From: a bacterium
GTDB taxonomy: Bacteria > Patescibacteriota > Microgenomatia > Daviesbacterales > UBA10151
Direction of reading: 5' to 3'
Assembly (NCBI GenBank): GCA_021786105.1
Contig: JAJYNW010000006.1
Coordinates: 7,012-71,011, forward strand
DNA: 64,000 nt
Shown here one piece after another: positions 18,140 to 25,181 of this stretch (the first letter of the stretch is position 1; every line of letters begins with the position of its first letter). Position numbers and translations under genes: made by a program. A model generated the notes under the pieces. The model had not been told where the DNA came from, ran no database searches, and saw only the letters and a list, made by a program, of their open reading frames with translations.

Positions 18140-18934
18140 ATGCCGGAAGGCGAACTAAGAGAATTACCAAAGTTAGGGATTGATTTTGATGGGACGATGG
18201 TGAATGTCATCGGTCCTTTTGTGCTTTGGTTGCGGTCAACTTATCCCAATAAGTTTACTAAAGCCCAGTATTTAAATAAAAATCCTGATGCCTCAGACCA
18301 GAAACAGCGTGATTACTCGGAGGTCAGGAGAGTTTTCATGACGGATCCTAAACGCATACCGGACCTGTCTTTTTACCGGGGAGTTTTGCAAGCTCTGCCG
18401 TTATTGAAGAGAGATTTCTCCGAAATCTATATCAATTCTTTAAGGTGGACGGACCCGGATCCCGAAAAAGACCAAGAATCTTCCATAAGAGGACTTTTAA
18501 GAGAGAATCATAGCTCTGAATATATCTCGGGAATTCTTTTAAGGAAAACCAGGGATGACAGAAAATGGGAGGTTAAGCTGGAGAATACACAAGAGTTCGG
18601 TATCAGCTATATGGTGGAAGATGATTCAAAGATAGCGCTGCGTCTTGCAAAATACCTGGAAGGAATTGTTTTGATTAGGAGACCCTGGAATAAACACGAA
18701 CCTAATAATCCGGGCTATGACCTTGCTAACCGCGAAAATTTAATAATATGCAGGGGGCTTTGGGATTTTGCGATGGGGGTTTATTTAGCCGGTTCTGTGG
18801 AAGAGTTTTTTGTAGAACATGCAGAAGGTTTAAAAGATCCCGTAAATCTTTATACTGTTTACCAGGCGCCGGTTCCCGCAGAAACGTGGATATCCCTCAC
18901 CGTATCCAGAGAGTTAGTTTCCTCATCTTCTTAG
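18140..18934 (+). CDS. Hypothetical protein with a possible HAD-like 'IDFDGTM' motif
   Basis: 'LGIDFDGTMVNVIG' resembles HAD motif I (DxDGT). The rest is unrecognised. Confidence 0.35.
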   Translation: MPEGELRELPKLGIDFDGTMVNVIGPFVLWLRSTYPNKFTKAQYLNKNPDASDQKQRDYSEVRRVFMTDPKRIPDLSFYRGVLQALPLLKRDFSEIYINSLRWTDPDPEKDQESSIRGLLRENHSSEYISGILLRKTRDDRKWEVKLENTQEFGISYMVEDDSKIALRLAKYLEGIVLIRRPWNKHEPNNPGYDLANRENLIICRGLWDFAMGVYLAGSVEEFFVEHAEGLKDPVNLYTVYQAPVPAETWISLTVSRELVSSSS

Positions 18935-18993
18935 TTTAGATATCTTGTAGTATTAATCAATTTTTTGTTACATGAATTGTTAAAAACAAAGGG

Positions 18994-19022
18994 TTGACAA
19001 GATCTAAAAAAGGGCTTATAAA
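18994..19022 (+). promoter_or_regulatory. Sigma-70-like promoter TTGACA-N17-TATAAA upstream of the first TasA/SipW locus
   Basis: ttgaca at 18994-18999 and tataaa at 19017-19022 with exact 17-nt spacing. Shares 'TTGACAAGA' with the element upstream of the second locus at 35008. Confidence 0.45.
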
Positions 19023-19104
19023 AGAAATTGTAAGGTTTTTTTGAATTTTTCCTGCCCCGATATCAATGAATTCTCAATCTTTAAATATTAATAATCAAAA
19101 TTAT

Positions 19105-19133
19105 TCAGACCAGCTGTTTAGAGCTGGTTTTTT
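19105..19133 (+). terminator. Terminator-like hairpin (ccagct-gtttag-agctgg + T6) inside the 5' leader of the TasA-like gene; possible attenuator
   Basis: 6-bp stem followed by TTTTTT, located between the candidate promoter and the RBS of 19177. Confidence 0.35.
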
Positions 19134-19176
19134 ATTGGAAAAAACATTTAAATTCTAGGGAAAGGGGGTGAAAAAA

Positions 19177-19767
19177 ATGGGAAAAATAATTTCAGGTTTA
19201 TTAGGTTTGGTAATGGTAGTGGCAGTAGTTTCCGGCACAGCTTATGCTGTATTTTCAGATCAAGTACAAGTAAGTGGTGTAACTTTGTCTACCGGTAATG
19301 CTGATTTACAAATTTGGGATGGAGATGGATGGCAAGAGAGTCTGTCATCAGCACTATTTACCGGTAACACTTACCCGGGTTGGCAGCAAGGTCAATATTT
19401 TGCTTTGCAAAATAATAGCGCTTCAAACATCGGATTGGATGTTACCGCTAGATTGACCAGTGCACCGTCCGGTAACTGGGGATTGCTCAGCCCGATAGTC
19501 CAGGTAGCAGTGGTTCAGTATGATAGTCAAGCTGCTGCATTGGCTGCTGTTGCCGCCAACAACCCCGGTCTTGGTGGAGTAGATGCTAGTACAGGATGGC
19601 AGACTTTAGCCGCATGGAATGCAAGTCCGATAGCTATTAGTACTAATTTGTTGAAGGGTGCACAGGGTGATTTTGTGATTTGGGGAAAGATTCCCTCAGA
19701 TGCAGGTAACTCTATTGCAAACCAGTCGCTTACGACTGATTGGGTGTTAATCGGTACTCAGCATTAA
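19177..19767 (+). CDS. TasA/camelysin-like secreted protein with a SipW-cognate-type signal peptide ('..SGTAYAVFSDQ')
   Basis: N-terminal TM followed by 'GTAYAVFSD' resembles the TasA/CalY signal region 'GGGTFAYFSD'. Encoded next to a SipW-type peptidase. RBS 'aaaggggg'. Confidence 0.65.
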   Translation: MGKIISGLLGLVMVVAVVSGTAYAVFSDQVQVSGVTLSTGNADLQIWDGDGWQESLSSALFTGNTYPGWQQGQYFALQNNSASNIGLDVTARLTSAPSGNWGLLSPIVQVAVVQYDSQAAALAAVAANNPGLGGVDASTGWQTLAAWNASPIAISTNLLKGAQGDFVIWGKIPSDAGNSIANQSLTTDWVLIGTQH

Positions 19768-19833
19768 TAAAGGTTTGAGTGCTTACTGATGGCATAAGGC
19801 AACTTGTGCTGTCAGATAAGGATTTAACTTTTT

Positions 19834-21861
19834 ATGAAGAAAACTTTAAAAAAGATTAATTTAGTATGGAAGAAAGTTGAAAAACCTGCAAAAATTGCCG
19901 GGAAGATTTTAGAGTGGGGAGTTTTTGCTGTTTTGGTTTTAATCTTTACCGTAGTGTTATCACCGCTTCTGCCGACTAAAAAATATGTTTCTACTTATAT
20001 TGTGTCTTCCGGTTCAATGGAGCCAACAATCAAAACCGGCTCAATCGCTTTTATTCAGCCGATAAAAGCAGATCAGGTTAAAGAAGGAGATATTGTTACT
20101 TTTACCCAACCAACAGATTCGACAAAAATTATCCTGCACCGGATTTTTAAAGCAGAAAACCAGAATGGAAATTTAAGTTTTCAAACCAAGGGTGACTATA
20201 ATAATGGCCCGGATATGTGGAACGTCCCTTCCACTTTAATGCAGGGGAAATATATTGCAGCCGTTCCTTATTTAGGGTATCCGGCCATGCTAATGAAAAC
20301 TCCAAAAGGTTTTGCTATAATAGTCGGCATTCCTGCCCTGCTCCTGCTCTTCCTGCAAATTAAAAAAATAAAGGAGGGTATTGAAGAAGAAGTCCAGAAA
20401 AGAACTGAGAGAGCTTTAAAGAAAGCAAAGCCTGTTAAAACTGACCTTTTAAGTATTTTGATGGCGGTAACCTTACTTTCTATACTTACTGGTTACAGCA
20501 GTATGAAATCAGTATCAGCTCTTTTTGTGTCTAAGGTAATGGTCAGCGGAGTTTCCATTTCCGTTAAGGATTTTGTGCCTCCGCCGGTCCCAGCCTTACT
20601 TTTGCCAGAGAATAATTCCAGCAGAAACACTAATGGGATGGTGATGGATTGGACTGATGTTTCTGATTATAAAGATATGCACAATCCGGTTTATTATATT
20701 TACCAAAGCGCTTACGATCCAGATTTTAAATCTGTTGCTTATACTTCCGCGCATCTTGCTGTTTCCCAAATTCCCGCTCCAGGAACTCCTAATGGAATTT
20801 ATTATTGGCATGTTAAGGCTTGCGACTCCATCGATAATTGTTCGGCCTGGTCAGATGCATGGAAGGTAACTGTGGACAATACTCCTGCACCTTCACTTAC
20901 CCCCACAGCTACACCAAGTGCTACCCCAACTCCAACACCTTCCCCCACACCATCCCCTTCTCCTAGCGTGGTTATCAATGAAGTGATGTGGATGGGGTCG
21001 ACTAAATCTGTGGCTGATGAATGGCTGGAGCTTCGTAATATGACTGATCATGAAATTGATCTTTCTAGCTGGCAAATTGAAAATGCAGTTTCCGGAGAGG
21101 GTGGCCATTTAGAAATTCCTGCACATAAAGTTATTCCGGCAAATGGATATTTCCTAATTTCCAACTACGAAGATGATGAGACTCATTCAGCTTTAAATGG
21201 GAGTTTACATATAGATTACCAGACAACAAGCATAAATTTTGAAAATGATTATAGGGAAAATGGGGCTTTGATTCTTAAAGACAAAGATAAAAATGTGATA
21301 GATTCAACCCCGGATCCAGTTTCTGGTAATTGGCCGGTGGGAAATGATGCTGGTTCAACCGGTTTGCATCAGTCCATGGAAAGAAATAATATTCCCGGAG
21401 ATGGGAGGTTGGTCAGTAGTTGGCATGCCTGCACTGATTCAGCTTGCCAAAGCACGGATTACTGGACTGTGAGTGGGGATAATTATGGAACTCCCAGGGC
21501 TTTAAATCATTCTGACAATGATCCAAGTACGACACCAACACCAACTCCTACTCCCACGCCCGCCCCAACACCAACTCCGACACCATCGACAACAATCAAT
21601 CCGGTTCCTGAATCGTCACCGTCAGCAAATTTAGGTTCCTCATCCGAGCCGGAACCTGAAGCATCTTTATCTCCGGCTCCTTCGTCTGCTCCTGAACCAA
21701 GCATGACACCGGTTCCTTCAGCGAGTCCGTCACCAACGCCGTCAGCAGAACCTGCCTCGAGTCCGGAGCCCTCTCCCACCCCTTCACCGTCACCTGTAAC
21801 TGGATCTGTTTCAACTCCGGAGCCATCGCCGTCTGCAACTCCTGCCCCCAAACGAAAATGA
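19834..21861 (+). CDS. SipW-type signal peptidase I (S26) fused to a lamin-tail domain (LTD) and Pro/Thr/Ser-rich low-complexity regions
   Basis: 'YIVSSGSMEPTIKTGSIAFIQP' is peptidase box B with the catalytic Ser, and 'ILHRIF' carries a His. LTD: 'VVINEVMWMGS..DEWLELRNMTDHEIDLSSWQIEN..IPANGYFLIS'. PT-rich linkers at 20884-20960 and 21520-21850. Confidence 0.7.
   Translation: MKKTLKKINLVWKKVEKPAKIAGKILEWGVFAVLVLIFTVVLSPLLPTKKYVSTYIVSSGSMEPTIKTGSIAFIQPIKADQVKEGDIVTFTQPTDSTKIILHRIFKAENQNGNLSFQTKGDYNNGPDMWNVPSTLMQGKYIAAVPYLGYPAMLMKTPKGFAIIVGIPALLLLFLQIKKIKEGIEEEVQKRTERALKKAKPVKTDLLSILMAVTLLSILTGYSSMKSVSALFVSKVMVSGVSISVKDFVPPPVPALLLPENNSSRNTNGMVMDWTDVSDYKDMHNPVYYIYQSAYDPDFKSVAYTSAHLAVSQIPAPGTPNGIYYWHVKACDSIDNCSAWSDAWKVTVDNTPAPSLTPTATPSATPTPTPSPTPSPSPSVVINEVMWMGSTKSVADEWLELRNMTDHEIDLSSWQIENAVSGEGGHLEIPAHKVIPANGYFLISNYEDDETHSALNGSLHIDYQTTSINFENDYRENGALILKDKDKNVIDSTPDPVSGNWPVGNDAGSTGLHQSMERNNIPGDGRLVSSWHACTDSACQSTDYWTVSGDNYGTPRALNHSDNDPSTTPTPTPTPTPAPTPTPTPSTTINPVPESSPSANLGSSSEPEPEASLSPAPSSAPEPSMTPVPSASPSPTPSAEPASSPEPSPTPSPSPVTGSVSTPEPSPSATPAPKRK
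21520..21850. repeat. Low-complexity coding repeat (TPTPTP / SPEPS) forming the C-terminal tail of 19834..21861
   Basis: Runs of ACn CCn codons. The minus-strand ORFs 21507..21851 and 21596..22039 are shadow ORFs of this repeat. Confidence 0.7.
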
Positions 21862-22976
21862 AAAAAATACTTAAAGTTTTAATATTGGTTTTGATAGGTT
21901 TTTCCTTTTTTCCGGCTTTGGCAAGGGCAGCAGACTTGAATATCGATTGCAATTCTTCTGACTGCACCAAAACCGGGCTGGAACCTATTTTCAGTACTGC
22001 TCTTGATGGAGTCTGGCATCCTGGAAGGATTATTACCAAGACGATTAATTTGAAAAATTCGGGAGCAGATACTAGTGAAATGGCTATTAAGGGAACAAGG
22101 GTGGGTGAGGCTGGTGCTTTAGAGCAAGTGATGAATGTCAGTTTGTCGGCGCCGGAAGGGCCGGTAATCTGGGCCGGCAGTTTGGCTGATTTTTATGCCC
22201 AGGACGTAATCAGGATGGGTGTTTTTGAGCCGGGTAAGGATTTGGATTATAACTTTACAGTCGGTATGGACTACGGGGCGGGTAACGATTACCAGAATTT
22301 GCAGGCAACTATGGATCTTTCCGTAGGTTTTTGGACTGAACCACCTTCCAGCCCCACTCCGTCTCCGGCCTCAACTTCCAACGGCAACGGGAGTAGAGAT
22401 GTATTGGGGGCAGGAGTCAGTGCTCCTTCTTGTAATGATGCCAAGCCGGCAACTCCTAATCTACTTTCAGCTGTAGTTACCGGTCCGAACCAGGTTACTT
22501 TAAACTGGTCTAAAGCTGATGGTAGTGTCAGCTATTACCTGGTGGCTTATGGGCTGGAATCCGGGAAGATGCTTTATGGCAATCCTAATGTGGGGGGTGC
22601 AGATACCACTTCTTATACGGTTAATGATTTATCCGGCGGAACAACTTATTATTTTAAAGTCAGGGCCGGTAACGGTTGCACCCCGGGAGAGCTTTCCAAC
22701 GAATTATCAGCCACCCCAGGAGGCCAGGCAGTAACCGGTACTCCGGCAGGCTTTTTGCCGGGTGTTTTAGGAGTGACAAACGAAGAAGCAGTGCCTTCGT
22801 CAGAGCCGGAGAGTTCCCAATCAGGTATTTTAGGTGCTGAAACATCACCAAAACCGAAAGAGGCTGTAATAGTGGGAGGTTTTATGGGTAAACTGGGTTG
22901 GTTTGTTTTAGGACCTGTGGCATTATTTGTTTTTCTTTTCGGACGCAAGCTTTTAGGTAAAAGATTTCCGTTTTAG
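21858..22976 (+). CDS. Secreted TasA-like domain protein with a fibronectin-III-like domain and a C-terminal TM anchor; paralog of 37028..37687
   Basis: Sec signal '..ALARAADL'. N-terminal domain aligns with 37028 ('AADLNIDCNSSDC..LKNSGADTSEMAIKG' vs 'AADLEISCSGSDK..LKNDSGADQVISVQG'). FN3-like 'VTLNWSKADGSVSYYLVAYG..TTYYFKVRAGN'. C-terminal TM 'WFVLGPVALFVFLFG'. Confidence 0.6.
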   Translation: MKKILKVLILVLIGFSFFPALARAADLNIDCNSSDCTKTGLEPIFSTALDGVWHPGRIITKTINLKNSGADTSEMAIKGTRVGEAGALEQVMNVSLSAPEGPVIWAGSLADFYAQDVIRMGVFEPGKDLDYNFTVGMDYGAGNDYQNLQATMDLSVGFWTEPPSSPTPSPASTSNGNGSRDVLGAGVSAPSCNDAKPATPNLLSAVVTGPNQVTLNWSKADGSVSYYLVAYGLESGKMLYGNPNVGGADTTSYTVNDLSGGTTYYFKVRAGNGCTPGELSNELSATPGGQAVTGTPAGFLPGVLGVTNEEAVPSSEPESSQSGILGAETSPKPKEAVIVGGFMGKLGWFVLGPVALFVFLFGRKLLGKRFPF

Positions 22977-23042
22977 CTACTGTATTTTCGGGTCTTCTTC
23001 GTGTTAAAATTGGCATTAACGATACAATGTTTAAATCGTTTA

Positions 23043-23124
23043 TGTCATCCTGAGCGAGCGAAGTGAGCCGAAGGGACTCTGTCATGTTTCGAGATTGCTT
23101 CGTCACTTCGTTTCTCGCAATGAC
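23043..23124. repeat. MITE-like inverted-repeat element E1 (TGTCATCC..GAGCGAGCGAAGTGAGCCGAAGG .. CTTCGTCACTTCGTTTCTCGC..AATGAC) in the uvrB upstream region
   Basis: ~82 bp with imperfect ~25-bp terminal inverted arms. The same terminal motif is seen at 56354..56421. The core 'cctgagcgaRcgaagtgagYcgaagg' recurs at 41783..41813. Confidence 0.55.
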
Positions 23125-23132
23125 TGGAAAAT

Positions 23133-25106
23133 ATGGCAAATTTCAAAATTATTTCCGATTTTAAGCCTACCGGCGATCAGCCGCAGGCAATAGACAAGCT
23201 GGCAACTGGCATTAATGCCGGAAAAGAAAACCAGGTTCTGTTAGGTGTAACCGGTTCCGGTAAAACCTTTTCCATGGCTAATGTTATTCAAAAAGTACAA
23301 AGGCCGACTTTAATTATTTCCCACAATAAAACTTTGGCCGGACAACTGGCCCAAGAATTTAGATCCATTTTTCCCAACAATGCCGTGGAATATTTTGTGT
23401 CTTATTACGATTATTATCAACCGGAGGCGTATATTCCCCAATCCGATACTTACATTGAGAAGGAAACGCAAATTAATGAGGAAATTGAAAAATTAAGGCT
23501 GTCAACTACTGCCTCTTTGTTGAGTCGCCGGGATGTCGTGGTGGTGGCCTCGGTTTCCTGCATCTATAACTTGGGTTCTCCCGTCGAATACGGCCAGGCG
23601 ATTTTGGAAATCGGCCGCGGTATGAAGGCCGGTATGCAGCAGGTAATGAAAATCCTGCAAAAGATGTATTATGACCGGAATGATATTGAGTTCAAGCGGG
23701 GTACTTACCGGGTCCGCGGTGATACTTTGGATATTTTTCCTTCTTATATGGATCAAGGTTACAGGTTACAGTTTTTAGGTGACAGAGTAGAAAAAATAAG
23801 CCAACTGGAAGTTGTAACAGGAAATACTACGGAAACACAAGGCACGCAGACTGTTTATCCAGCTAAGCATTACATTACTCCGGAGCAAAGGATTGTGCCC
23901 GGGATAAAACAAATTGAGATTGATTTGGAAAACCGGCTTAAGCAGCTAAAATCCAGCGGAAAGTTAGTGGAAGCGCAAAGGTTAGAACAAAGGACTCATT
24001 ATGATTTGGAAATGATCCGGCAGTTTGGTTATTGTAACGGAATTGAGAATTACTCGCGCTATTTTGACGGCCGGGAGCCGGGCGACGCACCATTTACCTT
24101 AATGGATTACTTTCCCAAGGATTTCCTGCTGATTGTTGATGAGTCACACATTACCATTCCGCAAATTAGGGGGATGTATAATGGAGACCGTTCCCGTAAA
24201 GAAACTTTGATTGATTTTGGTTTCCGGCTGCCGTCGGCTTTGGATAACCGGCCGCTTAAGTTCGACGAATTCCAACGAAGAATTAACCAGGTTGTTTATG
24301 TGTCCGCCACGCCGGATGAGTACGAATTGTCGTTGACTGGTCAAGACGGAGTGGTCGAGCAATTGGTCAGGCCCACCGGGATTTTGGATCCGGAAATTTC
24401 TGTGAGACCAATTCAGGGACAAATTGAGGATTTGATTGGGGAAATTAAAATCCGGGTGGAAAAGGGTGAGCGGACTTTGGTGACCACTTTAACCAAAAGG
24501 ACAGCAGAAGATTTAGCAGAATATATGCATGATAAAGGAATTAAAGTGCACTATCTTCATTCTGATGTGGCCACTTTGGAAAGAGGAGATATTTTGCAGT
24601 CGTTACGGCTGGGGGAGTATGACGTGATTGTGGGAATTAACCTTTTGCGGGAAGGATTGGATTTGCCGGAAGTTTCTTTGGTGGCTATTTTGGATGCGGA
24701 TAAGGAAGGATTTTTAAGATCGAGAACTTCTTTAATTCAGACCATGGGACGGGCTGCAAGGCATGTTAAAGGGCAGGTAATCATGTATGCGGATAATGTG
24801 ACCAAGTCCATGAAAGCAGCCATGGATGAGGTAGAAAGAAGAAGGAAATATCAGCAGGAATATAACAAAAAACATAACATTACCCCCAAAAGTATTGAAA
24901 AAGCTTTGCGGGAAAGATTGATTGAAAAAGTAGAGGAGTTGGAGGAAGAATTAGGTAAAAAAGATTTGACCATTGATGATATTCCGGTAAAAGAACGGAA
25001 AAAGATGCTGGAAAACCTGGAGGCTCAAATGAAGCAAGCAGCAGAAATTTTGGACTTTGAAGAAGCAGCCAGAATAAGGGATCAAATTAAAGAACTGACC
25101 ATCTAA
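23133..25106 (+). CDS. uvrB: Excinuclease ABC subunit B
   Basis: 'GVTGSGKTFSMANVIQKVQRPTLIISHNKTLAGQL', 'YYDYYQPEAYIPQSDTYIEKE', helicase motifs, C-terminal UVR domain. Confidence 0.95.
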   Translation: MANFKIISDFKPTGDQPQAIDKLATGINAGKENQVLLGVTGSGKTFSMANVIQKVQRPTLIISHNKTLAGQLAQEFRSIFPNNAVEYFVSYYDYYQPEAYIPQSDTYIEKETQINEEIEKLRLSTTASLLSRRDVVVVASVSCIYNLGSPVEYGQAILEIGRGMKAGMQQVMKILQKMYYDRNDIEFKRGTYRVRGDTLDIFPSYMDQGYRLQFLGDRVEKISQLEVVTGNTTETQGTQTVYPAKHYITPEQRIVPGIKQIEIDLENRLKQLKSSGKLVEAQRLEQRTHYDLEMIRQFGYCNGIENYSRYFDGREPGDAPFTLMDYFPKDFLLIVDESHITIPQIRGMYNGDRSRKETLIDFGFRLPSALDNRPLKFDEFQRRINQVVYVSATPDEYELSLTGQDGVVEQLVRPTGILDPEISVRPIQGQIEDLIGEIKIRVEKGERTLVTTLTKRTAEDLAEYMHDKGIKVHYLHSDVATLERGDILQSLRLGEYDVIVGINLLREGLDLPEVSLVAILDADKEGFLRSRTSLIQTMGRAARHVKGQVIMYADNVTKSMKAAMDEVERRRKYQQEYNKKHNITPKSIEKALRERLIEKVEELEEELGKKDLTIDDIPVKERKKMLENLEAQMKQAAEILDFEEAARIRDQIKELTI

Positions 25107-25181
25107 CCCCTTTAAAAGTCTTGCAAAATAGTTTAAAATAGGTGCTTACTTTTCGGGAAAAATTCGTCCCCAAAATTTTTT

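Noticed and set aside
20884-21850. Possible CRISPR-like or tandem-repeat array suggested by periodic 'accaac/accgtc' units
   Set aside because: The periodicity is 6 nt (Pro-Thr codons) inside a long ORF. There are no spacer-sized unique inserts and no cas genes nearby.
21507-22039. Two minus-strand ORFs (114 and 147 aa) over the PT/SPE-rich tail of 19834..21861
   Set aside because: They are open only because of the low-complexity repeat on the opposite strand. Gly/Val/Asp runs with no start context.
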